This document shows positions 1-10,879 of a DNA stretch of 64,000 nt, one piece after another (positions within the stretch are counted from its first letter, which is position 1; the number at the start of each line of letters is the position of its first letter). The DNA comes from Mustelus asterias (lineage: Eukaryota), in the NCBI RefSeq assembly GCF_964213995.1, contig NC_135803.1, forward strand, positions 20,336,001 to 20,400,000. Reading direction: 5' to 3'. Below the pieces are notes generated by a model. The model was not told where the DNA came from and did not search any database. It worked only from the letters and a program-made list of their open reading frames with translations. A program made the position numbers and the translations under genes.

Positions 1-569
1 GCTGGCAGAGCAATTTCAGGTTAAATGTTCTTTATACGTCATGGCTCCAGTTTCCATGACTACACCCGTTAGTATAACAACTGTGCCCGACAGCCAACTA
101 GAATAGCAGTCAGCTTTGAATATTGATAGGTCAAGGAGGTGTGCAAACAGGACTGACAGCTGTGACCTCTCTTCGGCAGGGTGGCCAATTAATCGAACAT
201 AAGGTTCTGATTAAGCAACTTCTATTATGCTGCTGTATTCCGGGAACTTATTCTGGTGCTCCCTGTTATTAATCTTCACAATTCTTCACGTTTCAAGATT
301 CCCAAAACTTATATCCCTTACACTTTCTGTAGAAATGTTTGCTTTTAGTATTTGATCCTTAAAATGTTCTCAAGGGTGTACTTGCAGCTCAACCTACTTG
401 TCTCAAAAGGATGAACTTCCATTTATCTGACATCTCTAATGTAATAAGGTCCAAAATGTCTCTTGCTACAAAGAGATGTGCAATGGTGATCAGCAACAGA
501 GAGGGCAATCTAACAGGGCATACCCGGAGGTCATTAAAGCTAATAGGCTAACAGCTCATTGGTTTGCTA

Positions 570-593
570 TTTTCCTTAAGGGTATATTGACAG
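570..593 (+). promoter_or_regulatory. Putative U12-type (minor spliceosome) branch site and 3' splice site upstream of SLC9A9 exon
   Basis: TTTTCCTTAAG (570-580) matches the U12 branch consensus TTCCTTAAC except the last base. It lies about 14 nt before the acceptor CAG (591-593) with no polypyrimidine tract in between. Confidence 0.7.
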
Positions 594-705
594 ATTGCCA
601 TCTTTGTGGCACGAGCTTGCAATATCTATCCTTTATCCTTCCTTCTCAACCTGCGACGGAAAAGGAAAATCCCATGGAACTTCCAACACATGATGATGTT
701 TTCAG
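594..705 (+). CDS. SLC9A9: Sodium/hydrogen exchanger 9, internal coding exon (equivalent to human exon 11, 112 nt, phase 0 to phase 1)
   Basis: cag|ATT...TCAG|gtgagc. Translates [37 protein letters not shown](G), which I recognise as the NHE6/7/9 transmembrane region, closest to NHE9. The ORF track shows this region in a different frame. Confidence 0.9.
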
Positions 706-875
706 GTGAGCCATTTCTACCTGATTGGTGATGCCTTGTTTAAAACATTGCAGTCTATATCTTGTCTGGTAACGCCTCCGTTGGGATGTTTTGCTATGTT
801 AAAGTTGCCATATGAATGCAAGTTGCTGTTATTATCCAGCACATACAACATCTGCTTGTCTGGATCATGTGGTGG

Positions 876-1097
876 TCATAGAATCATAGACTCCCGACAG
901 TGCAGAAGGAGGCCATTCGGCCCATCAAGCCTGCACTGACAACAATCCCACCCAGGCACTTTCTATTCTTGTGTCAGGGGGATTATCAGGGTAAATATGT
1001 GGGGGTTATGGAGATTGGGCCTGGGTGGGATTGTTGTCGGTTCAGGCTCGATGGGCTGAATGGCCTCCTTCTGCATTGAAGGGATTCTATGATTCTA
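876..1097. mobile_element. Two HE1 SINE 3' tail fragments in inverted orientation (876-957 minus, ~971-1097 plus)
   Basis: Both carry the HE1/CR1 tail GGCCTCCTTCTGCA...ATTCTATGATTCTA. Arms 879-957 and 1019-1097 are near reverse complements. Confidence 0.85.
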
Positions 1098-1274
1098 AAT
1101 GTTAGCATCTTTTAGCGAATTGGACTTCTATTTACTTATTCAGTGTTTTGGGCCTGTTTTGTTTGGAGAAGTTCACTGAACATTGAACTGTTCATGAACA
1201 GGGGTGTGCACACTGTAAGCGACATACACAGTAGAGCCGCCTGTAGGTCAGACTGGGTGCGAACATGCAAATTA

Positions 1275-1850
1275 GGAATAGGCCACTCGGCCCTTCAAGC
1301 CTGCTTTCCAATTCACTAAGATCATGACTGATCTGATTGTAATCTCAACCCCACATTCATGCCTACCACCATTAACCTTTCACCCCGTTGTTAATCAAGA
1401 CTCTATCTAGCTCTGCCTTAAGAATATTCAAAGATTCTGCTTCCACCGCCTTTTGAGGAGCAGAGTTCCAGAGACTCACAACCCTCAGAGAGAAGAAATT
1501 TCTCCTCTTAAACAAGCAACCCCTTATTTTTAAGCAATGACCCCTCGTTTTAGATTCTCCTACAAGGGGAAACATTCTCTCCACGTCCACCCTGTCAGCA
1601 CCATTCAGGATCATAAATGTTTTGATCAAGTTGCCTCTTACTCTGCTAAACTCTGGTGGCTACAAACCTAATCTCTCCAACCTTTTCTCTTCAAACAACT
1701 CAATTTCTGGCATTAGTCAAATAAACCTTCTCTGAACTGCTTATAACACATTTACATCTTTCCTTCAATTAGGAGACCAATACTTTACACAGTACTCCAG
1801 ATCCGGTCTCATCAATTCCCTGTACAACTGAAGCATAATCTCCCTTATTT
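1275..1850 (-). mobile_element. CR1-type LINE 3' fragment (decayed)
   Basis: Minus-strand ORF 1372-1629 (DRVDVERMFPLVGESKTRGHCLKIRG...NFFSLRVVSLWNS) is the CR1 ORF2 C-terminus. Confidence 0.85.
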
Positions 1851-2206
1851 AGTAATCAATTCTCCTCACAATAAACAATAAGATTCTGTGAGCTTTCCTC
1901 GTTACTTGCTGTACCGCGAGTCACAATTTTACGGCATTCAGTCCAAGAAAGAGCCCCGATGCGATTCCCACCAGTGGGGGCAGGGCGGAGGGGGTGGTTG
2001 GGGGGTGGGGGGGGGGTGCAGTTGCTAAGCTCGCTGGTGAAGCTGGTTGCAGGCACCCCAAACTCCCAGTGCACCTGGAGACCTCCTGCCACCCTGTCAC
2101 CCCACCCCACGGTCATCGCCCCCCACCACCACCCCTCCCCCCCCCCCCCCACCCCCCTCCGCCAATAGTTGGAGCCCAAGCACTGATCCCTATGGGACCC
2201 TACTTG

Positions 2207-2490
2207 TTAAAAGTTAAAGTTAATTTATTAGTCACAAATAAGGCTTACGTTAATGCTGCAACGAAGTGACTGTGAAATTCCCCTAGTCGTCATTCTCCAG
2301 CGCCTGTTCAGGTCAATGCACCTAGCCAGCACATCTTTGGACTGTGGGAGGAAACCGGAGCACCCGGAGGAAGCCCATTCAGGCACAGGGAGAACGTGCA
2401 AACTCCACACAGGCAGTGACCCAAGCCGGGAATTGAAGCCGGGTCCCTGGCGCTGTGAGGCAGCAGTGCTAACCACTCTGCCACCATGCC
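2207..2490 (-). mobile_element. V-SINE (HE1-like head/core, alternative 'type B' tail)
   Basis: tRNA-like head TGGTTAGCACTGCTGCCTCACAGCGCCAGGGACCCGG, V-core GTGTGGAGTTTGCACGTTCTCCC...CCGGTTTCCTCCCACAGTCC, and tail CACAGT(C/A)ACTTC..TGCAG...AATAAATTAACTTTAA. Confidence 0.9.
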
Positions 2491-3452
2491 ACCCCATACC
2501 GCCTGCCACTCTGAAAAAGACCCATTTATTCCTAACAACCTCCAAGCAACAAGTTCATCGCACCGTCAGTAGTTGCCTTCTCCCTCTTCATATTAAAACA
2601 AAATAACAAAAATCTCTGTGTTGGAACATAATCGGCAATTTGAATACTTCCAGTGAGGTTCACAATCACTTCATTCTCTCCTGCATTCTCTGGATGCAGT
2701 GTGGGTGAAATCAGGTTTAGTGATCTAGATCCAGTTCCAAGTGGGCTTCGGTCTACAATATAAAGCTGTTCCCAACTGGAACATTAATAATTGATCATCT
2801 GACTCAGAGGCCAGAGGGCAACTAGTGTGGGAAACGGAAAGAATGTCTCCGCTGCAGCATGGGTGGCTATGGCTATTTATAGGTAGAAACTGAGTTGCGC
2901 TGTTAGAGTCGAGTACAGAGAGAATTGTTCTGCATTTGGCCATGTCATAGCCGACTGTGAAAGCGGGGGAGGGGAGCAGAATTCTCACCCCCGAACACAG
3001 CACCTACCATTTTCATGCGGGGAGGTGTGGGGAGGAGGAGGAATGATGCCTGGTTGGGATATGCAGAGGCAGCTGCTCATTTAAAACAGTACCTGCATCC
3101 ATTTCTGTTAACCAGGAGTGGGAAACATGATGGGTAGAAATCTCCCATCTGGGACTAAGTTCTGTGACGGCGGCAGGGGTGGGAGTGAGGAGTGTTTCCT
3201 GCTGTGGGGGCTGGTGGGAAAAGCGCACCATATCTTCTGCCCCCGGCCTCATTAACTATACACCCGTGGGGTTTAGTGCCAAATACCGTGGTAGGGCACG
3301 CCTGATGGCATGAGCCCCGCCATCATATCTGGATGCCATGCTGACCCACAGTTGAAGAAAGAAGATGGACCTCTTGAAAAAGATGTCTCTCCAGGAACAC
3401 TCTAAGGCTAGAAGATGGAGACCTTCGATGACACTGAAGCCCAGTCTGAATA

Positions 3453-3647
3453 GGCTTTCTCCGGGTGCTCCGGTTTCCTCCCACAGTCCAAAGATGTGCT
3501 GGCTAGGTGCATTGACCTGAACAGGTGCTGGAGAATGACGACTAGGGGAATTTCACAGTCACTTCATTGCAGCATTAACGTAAGCCTTATTTGTGACTAA
3601 TAAATTAACTTTAACTTTTAACAAGTAGGGTCCCGTAGGGATCAGTG
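3453..3647. repeat. Inverted near-identical copy of 2181-2375 (SINE 3' half plus its unique flank)
   Basis: Reverse complement match over about 195 bp with few mismatches, including the non-SINE flank CACTGATCCCTA(T/C)GGGACCCTACTTGT. Confidence 0.9.
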
Positions 3648-3819
3648 TTGTGAGGGTATCTGCTGGGACTAGCTGAGGGAGACAATGAACTGCGATCAAA
3701 TAACTGCTTATGAGTTGGGAGCTAACCCAACATTCACTTGTCACTTAGACTTGTATTTAGGCAGATGCAGGTGTGAATCATGGCAGATGGTAATGTGTTC
3801 ACATCATCCCCTTCTGAAC
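3647..3819. repeat. Inverted copy of 4865-5037
   Basis: About 173 bp reverse-complement match. ORF track entries 3685-3942(+) and 4802-4999(-) begin with near-identical peptides (MNCDQITAYELGANPT...). Confidence 0.88.
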
Positions 3820-5718
3820 CCCCACTCACCGTGGTGGTGTTCCGGGATTGAGGGTTGCTGGCAGCCTCTGGACTCTGGAGGCAGCCCCGGGCATTGTTCC
3901 AGTGAGGCCCGTCTTCTGCATGCCACATTGTTCCAGGCATAGTTCTGGACCGGCGTGTTTTCCCACTGGCATCGCAGAGAATCGGGCACGCGGGAAAAGA
4001 TTCCAGTCAGGCCTTCACCTGCAATCCATGAGGGATTGAGCCTCCTGTGGGGCTCCTGATTGGCCATGGTGAGCACTGCACCAACAGAAGATCCCGTGGG
4101 AAGTTCATAGCGGCGTGAAACTGATTTTTGGACTCGAGCTGAATTCTAACCCGGCCCCCTCACCCCACCCCCTGTCCACCATTGAACCCACCGGCAGGGC
4201 CAAGGGAGAATTCTGCCAGAATTATGCAAATTAGACATGGTAGGAGCAGGTATAAATCTTGTGGAGTACTTTGGAGAGCTGGGGTATGCTTTTGGAGAGG
4301 TAGGATATGGTCCTGGGACTCCTTTGAGGGAAACAAGGTGCTCTTTGGCAGGGGTCAAGCGTTCTTTGGGGGAGGTAGGGTGCCCTTTGGGATTGGTGAA
4401 AATAGAAATGAAGGTACATAAAAGTGCTTAACTCATTCGAACTGCCAAGAGAGATCTCAAAAGCAAGTGACAAAAACAACTGTCAAGGATTTAAAAGCTC
4501 CTGTCCTTTATGTCTTTTTAAAAATTCTGTGTGAAGTGTTAAAAAGTCAGGGATTGTTATTTCATACTGTCTATTGACATACTCTGAGGACTATCATTGT
4601 TGGCTTACTGATGCATGACTGATTTCACAATCTTCCATTATCAGTCATGTAGAAAAGCGCACTACTCCATCCTTAGGTCCAGGTCACAAACACGGCCAAT
4701 TTGTTCCATGAGTTCAGAACACAGCTAGTCTCAGAGCAATAGATTCCAGGCAGATTGCAAAACCTGAAAATGACAGTCTCCAAACCTCTTAACAACCAAG
4801 ATTACATGGTCCATTGTACCTCATTGAGACAAATGGGTCCCATTAATACCACAGATTGCAATCTGTTCAGAAGGGGATGATCTGAACCCATTACCATCTG
4901 CCATGATTCACACCTGCATCTGCCTAAATACAAGTCCAAGCGACAGGTGGATGTTGGGTTAGCTCCCAACTCATAAGCAGTTATTTGATCGCAGTTCATT
5001 TTCTCCCTCAGCTAATTCCAGCAGGTACCCTCGCAACTGTTGTCAAATCCTGTGCTGCCCCAAAACTGCACTGTTGATGGCGAAAGGAGTTTTGGATATT
5101 TATCGATTATTCTTGTCTTGTAACTAGCATTTACTGTATGGGCACTGGCTGCCTTTGGATGGGGAGCATTACTTTCTCATAAACACTCTCCCGTTTTCTA
5201 TTTAGTAAACACAGTTAGAAATATTACAGACACAGATTGATTAGTAAATGGATGTTGCATGGCAGATACACTTTAATGTGGAGAATCGTGAGCTATTATA
5301 TTACGGGAAGATAAACAGGGAGCGGGAGCATGCACTGAAGTCCACTCAAAAAGCTCCACACCATTCCAGACACAGCAACATCGTGGGTTTTGAGTATCTT
5401 GAAAACATTGATGGAAACTTCATGCTAAGATATAGGGTATTACCTCCAACTCACCAGAATCATTGACTTCTTTGGAAAATACAGATCTAACCAACAGCCT
5501 CAGCTCATTTGGGAAGAGAATGGAAGGGTTTGTGATATATTTAGAGGCTGAAAGAAACTAGGCTGGCATGTGTGTCAAATAAAACGCAGGTTAGGAAATA
5601 GGAGATGTGGAAAGGCTAGAGGCAATTAACATCCTGTTCATGTGCATCCTGTTAGGAGTTAAATGAATGGACCATATCAATTATGTTAAATTAAATTGAC
5701 AAAAATTAAATTAAATTG

Positions 5719-6054
5719 ATAGTCAACATCTTTTCCCAAAGGTAGGGGAGTCTAAAACTAGAGGGCATAAGTTTAAGGTGAGGGGGGGGGAAATACAAAA
5801 GGGTCCAGAGGGACAATTCTTTCACACAGAGGGTGGTGAGTGTCTGAAACAAGCTACCAGAGGCAATAGTAGAGACGGGTACAATTTTGTCTTTTTAAAA
5901 AGCTTTTAGACAGTTACATGAGTAAGATGGTTGTCGAGGGATATTGGCCAAGCGCGGGCAATTGGGACTAGCTTAGTCGTTAAATAAAAGGGCGGCATGG
6001 ACAAGTTGGGCCGAAGGGCCTGTTTCCATGCTGTAAACCTCTATGACTCTATGA
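5719..6054 (+). mobile_element. CR1-type LINE 3' end
   Basis: TCTAAAACTAGAGGGCAT...TTCACACAGAGGGTGGTG, 3' UTR GGGCCGAAGGGCCTGTTTCC and (CTCTATGA)n tail. Confidence 0.85.
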
Positions 6055-6231
6055 GATAAAAAATAAAGATGAGGATGGAGAGAAGCAGTAACGCTAAACA
6101 AAAGCATGCACACAAGACCAAATCTACTATTGGCAATCAGGATTTGACTTTTGTTCCTTCATGACACCGTGGTTAGCACTGCTGCCTCATAGCGCCAGGG
6201 ACCCGGGACCAGCCGCAGGTGACTGCGTGGA

Positions 6232-6585
6232 GTTAAAGTTTTTAAAGTTTATTTATTCGTACACCCTTAAGACAGGATGTATGTGCATTTAGAACGGAAC
6301 AATCTCATTATCACAAGTAGGCTTGAATTAACACTGCAATGACGTTACTGTGAAAATCCCCTAGTCACCACACTCCCGACACCTGTTCGGGGAGAATTTA
6401 GCACAGCCAATGTGTTTAACCAGCACATCTTTCCAACTGTGGGAGGAAACCTCAGCACTCAGAGGAAACCCACGCAGACATGGGGAGAATGCACAAACTC
6501 CACACAGACAGTCACCCAAGGCCGGAATTGAACCCGGGTCCCTGTGCTGTGAGGCAGCAGTGCTGTTCACTATGCCATCATGCCG
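6232..6585 (-). mobile_element. V-SINE, type B tail (with ~55-bp foreign insertion in the tail; a SINE head fragment lies at ~6165-6231 on +)
   Basis: Same head, V-core and tail as the 2207-2490 copy. Confidence 0.85.
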
Positions 6586-7878
6586 TATTTCAAGAGTATC
6601 CTTTTGGTTGTTCACTCCCTAGTTGAGAGTATATAGTCTGATTATTTTCTCCTGTGTTTATTGCACTGCTGATGTGAAATTGATACTTTAGTGGTTTGCG
6701 CACAGGTTTTCCCCTGTTCTCATTGAGGAAGTGTCAACTTTTCCTTTGTAATGCATGGCCTGAAATTGGATGGTTACCTTACAGCAAATCATGGCAGATC
6801 AGTGTAGTCAAATGTAATTGTATTTTTAATTTGCAGCAAAAGGTATGAAAGGTTACATTGACTTGCTCAGTCAGCTCCCTCTGTGTAGTGTGAATCTGTG
6901 TTCTCACTGAGGGACGGTCTTCAACCTCTCCCTCAAGGAACTGCTCTACATCATGGACTGCTCTACATCATGTCGATAATTTTCTTTCTCTCTCCTCCCC
7001 TCCCTCCTTCCCTCATTCATAACAGATCAGGCAGCCAAGGGGGATTGTGAAGTTTTGCATGCTCCCCACTGGATGGTGAATCTCCATTTATTGTCAGACT
7101 GGATATGTGTTGTGTCTGTGATGTCTGTCTCCTTATGACAGCACAGCAGAAGAGAGTCACCTGACTTGAGGAACCAATGGGACTGTGAGTGATCGTACCA
7201 GAGGGTGGAGTCCTTCCTCCCTCGGGCAGAATCATCGAGCAGCCATGTAGTAAACGTGGAAAGACTGGAGTTGCTGCTCCAGGGCACCCAAGGGCTGCAA
7301 ATTCCTGGGCCAAGTTTCTCTTATCAATAAGTAACTTCTGTTTCTAACAAAGCCTCTAATCTCTTGACAACGCTAGGAAGACACAATATAACAATACCTC
7401 CTTCCCAAAAGCTCCCGTTGCAACACACACAAGCATAAGTCACTGGCGACCTTTGCTTCTGGAACCCTAGACGTAGATGTCCATTTGTCTGCAACACAGT
7501 TTGGGAGCATTAAAATGCGCACGGATGCTGTTTTATTTTGCCACGTGTGTGATTCATTTGAAGGGAAATTGTGGTGATTCATTCTGAAATGTTCTGAATT
7601 CATGCCAAATTGGGAGCAGTTTTGGTTCTCATTCCAACTCATCCCCTATCTTTATGGCTGAGCTGGCTTGAATTTTGATGGCGGAAAATCACTTGTCAGC
7701 TGTTGCTTGCTTGTCGGCAGCCAGAACTATATAGCAATACAAACCAGTTAGGGGTGTTTTGACTGTGAGCATCTGTAACTTATTTCTAGCCATTTCCAAA
7801 TCTAATTATTTACTGCTGTCTCTGCATGAGTGTGTGTCTTGTGCATTCATGTGATAATTGGACCATTTGCTTCCCAAG

Positions 7879-8032
7879 GCTTGCGAGGCGCCATTGCGTT
7901 TGCCCTGGCAATCAGGGACACCGACTCAAAACCCAAACAGATGATGTTCACCACAACCCTGCTGATTGTGTTCTTCACCGTCTGGGTGTTTGGAGGGGGC
8001 ACCACACAGATGCTCACGTGGCTCCGTATCAG
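7879..8032 (+). CDS. SLC9A9: Sodium/hydrogen exchanger 9, internal coding exon (equivalent to human exon 12, 154 nt, phase 1 to phase 2)
   Basis: aag|GC TTG CGA...ATC AG|gtcagt. Translates (G)[51 protein letters not shown], containing the GLRGA NHE motif and NHE9-like [16 protein letters not shown]. Splices in frame with exon 594-705 (G+GC = Gly). Confidence 0.92.
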
Positions 8033-8321
8033 GTCAGTGATGACTGGGTCTTGACAGCAAAATATTTCCAGGATTTGGGGGGAAAAAAAGCAGCAAATGA
8101 ATCGAAGCATTGTTTCTGAAAACTCCCAAGAACTAATCACTAATTCTCTCTAATTTCAGGAAACAGAGTTCCTGAATTACACATAGCCATTGGCATAATT
8201 TAAACATCCATATTCCTACTGCCCTGCAGGCATCTCATTTCTCACCATAACATTATCATTTTAAACAATCCCCATAAACCTCTAGTCTGAGCACTTGTAA
8301 TGGTCAGCCACTTACGTTGGG

Positions 8322-8627
8322 AGTTAAAGTTTTAAGTTTATTTATCAGTGTCGCAAGTATGTTTACATTAACACTGCAATGAAGTTACTGTGAAAATCCC
8401 ACACTCCGTTGCCTGTGCAGGTACACTGAGGGAGAATTTAGCATGGCCAATGCACCTAACCAACATGTCTTTTGGACTGTGGGAGGAAACCGGAGCACCC
8501 GGAGGAAACCCACGCAGACACAGGGAGAATGTGCAGACTCCGCACAGACAGTGACCCAAGCCAGGAATGGAACCTATGTCCCTGGCGCTTTGAGGCAGCA
8601 GTGCTAACCACTGTGCCACCATGCTGC
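8322..8627 (-). mobile_element. V-SINE, type B tail
   Basis: Full head GGGCAGCATGGTGGCACAGTGGTTAGCACTGC, V-core, and tail ending ATAAATAAACTTAAAACTTTAA. Confidence 0.9.
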
Positions 8628-8851
8628 CCTAGAGAGTCATCCTTTGTCAAAAAGCCAACACCCACAAGTTCCGTCTTGACAGTGAGGATAGCCTTTGACT
8701 GGTCTGATGTTGAACAGTGCCAGTGAAAAGCCAAGCATGGGTCAAGCCACGTGCTCAAAAGCTGTACTTCCCCATTCTGATGCCATGTAATTTGTGGCCA
8801 CCATAGAGGATGTAGGAGAATCTGCTGCTGGGAAATTTGCACTAATGACAC

Positions 8852-9295
8852 TGTTGCCTGGACTGGAGAATTTTAGCAATGAGGAAAAATTTGATGGGTT
8901 AGGGTATTTTTCTTTGAAATAGAGGAGACTGAGGGAAGAAATAATTGAAGTGTATAAAGCTATGAGAGGTGTAGATGGAGTGGATAGAAATGTCCCTTTG
9001 CTCTTGGTTGAGGGGTCCAGGAAAAGAGACATAGATTTAGGTTCATAGGTATGATGTTTAGAGGGGATTTGAGGGTTTCCTTTGTACCCAAAGGGTGTTG
9101 CAGATCTAGAACTATCTGCCTGAAAGAGTGTTAGAGGTAGAAACCCCTCTTTGCATTTAAGATATACTTGGATATGCACTTCAAGTCTATGGACCAAGAG
9201 TTGAGAAGTGCACTGAAGCTGGATGGCTCCGTGTTGGCCAGCCTGGATATGATGGGCCAATGGCCACCTTCCCTGCTGTAAATTTCCATGATTCA
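8852..9295 (+). mobile_element. Old CR1-type LINE 3' fragment
   Basis: Degenerate TGTTGCCTGGACTGGAG...GAGGAAAAATTTGAT...GGAGACTGAGGG...GATGGGCCAATGGCC CR1 3' pattern. Confidence 0.65.
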
Positions 9296-10879
9296 GGCCA
9301 GACCTAACCATTCAGTCCATAAGCACTCTACAGGACCAACCAGGAATAAACTACAATCACAAGATGAGTTCAAAATCATATCCAGTCATTTCAAGCGATC
9401 CACAAGATGGAGCCTGATGGAAAGTATACAAGAGAAACAAAGAAAAAACAAAGAATAAGTCTTTTTATAAAGTACCTGGCAGACCTTTGCAGATTCCCAG
9501 CAGGAATTATGGCTTTTAAGTTACCATAAGGGTTGAGACATTGTTACAAAAAACAAAAATACAAAGTTCAAATTACAACCTTAAATTTACACTCTCTCAT
9601 TTATTTTAATGTATAGATATAAAATGCATAATATAAAACAACGACTTTAACAATTAAAAATAGGTCAAATTGGACTTATGGACTGATATAATTACTGCAG
9701 AATAACATAGCCATATGAACTATGGAAGGGTGTAAACAAGGATCTTTTTTATTCTAACACGATTGAGGAGGAAGTGGGACAAGTGACTGGGAGGAAATAA
9801 CCTTGTTAGTTTTGACGTGGCCAACGAACACCAAGAACACTGCTTTAGCGGCTTGTTCCATCTGAACTCTGGGATGAGATGATTTTTCACATTAGTTGTT
9901 GCTCATTTTTATAATAAGGCTGATCGATTTAACTGACACAGTATTGTTTGTATATTTACTAAAATCTGTCCATTGTATTGCAAAGAACATTGGAAAATGT
10001 CAAAATTACAGTATTAATAGAATTGTAGAATGTACAGGAAAAGGTCATTCAGGCTGTTAAACTTGCACTGGTGTTTATCTCCACAGAAGCTCCTTACTCT
10101 AAACCCATTGGCACACGTGTTTTCCTTGAATATTTTTTTTCAAGAAACTATTGAATTCCTTTTCAAATGAGTTTGCCGTTTTGTTCCAGCAATTGTTTGG
10201 ACAGGATCTTCCACGTTCTAATTATCTTCAGTGTAAAGACTTTTCTAACCTCTTTCAATTCCTTTTGTGATTATGGTTATAAGCCCCTTTGTCACAGTTT
10301 TTCTGAATACTGGGTTATACAGAAATTACAACATCGAAAGAAGCCATTTAACCCAGCCCGATCATGTTGGCACTTACATTCCACATGAGCAGACATCCTT
10401 TCTCAGCCTTTCCTTCAAAGAGTGGGTTAGCTATGTTAACTGTGTAAAAAGAGGTAAGGTTTGCCTGTTCTGTGTCTTTAATTTCTTACATCTACTCGTA
10501 TTTGGATCCAAACATCTTGCCTGCATTAACTTGCAGGGAAAATTTCCTTGGAATCTCAATCCTATGAGTTGAAACATAAAAAGCTGCATAAAACAAACTG
10601 AAACAATTGGGACCCAAGGAAAATGCAAAAGGTACATGGGCCGCAACTAAGTGTCTACACCAGCAGGAAAGCTGGAGTGTTTCCCATTGGCATTACCCGT
10701 GCTTTACACGTGCTAATCAGACTATAGTAATGGACCAACCCTCCACTATGTGTTTCACGCTGATTTTGTGATGCCCGACGCCTGACTTGCTGCAGTCAGG
10801 AATCGGCTGTTAGTCCTTCACAAGCGGGAGCAGTATTTCAGCACTCCCTTCAACAGCCGCTCTCACTTCAGCCAGCGAC

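Larger units (their letters stand above)
2976..4216. mobile_element. Putative non-autonomous Harbinger-like DNA transposon relic
   Basis: 11-bp inverted termini GCAGAATTCTC (2976-2986) and GAGAATTCTGC (4206-4216), with GC-rich subterminal regions like other TIR elements in the window. No clear TSD. Confidence 0.45.

Noticed and set aside
476-709. ORF-track 77-aa protein
   Set aside because: Wrong frame; the real coding sequence is the spliced SLC9A9 exon 594-705 in another frame.
2228-2606. Recurrent ORFs such as MVAQWLALLPHSARDPGSIPGLGHCLCGVCTFS... and DCGRKPEHPEETHADTGR...
   Set aside because: These are translations of the V-SINE on either strand, repeated at every copy; not protein genes.
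6940-6972. 17-bp tandem duplication ACTGCTCTACATCATG(G)
   Set aside because: A simple slippage duplication with no further structure.
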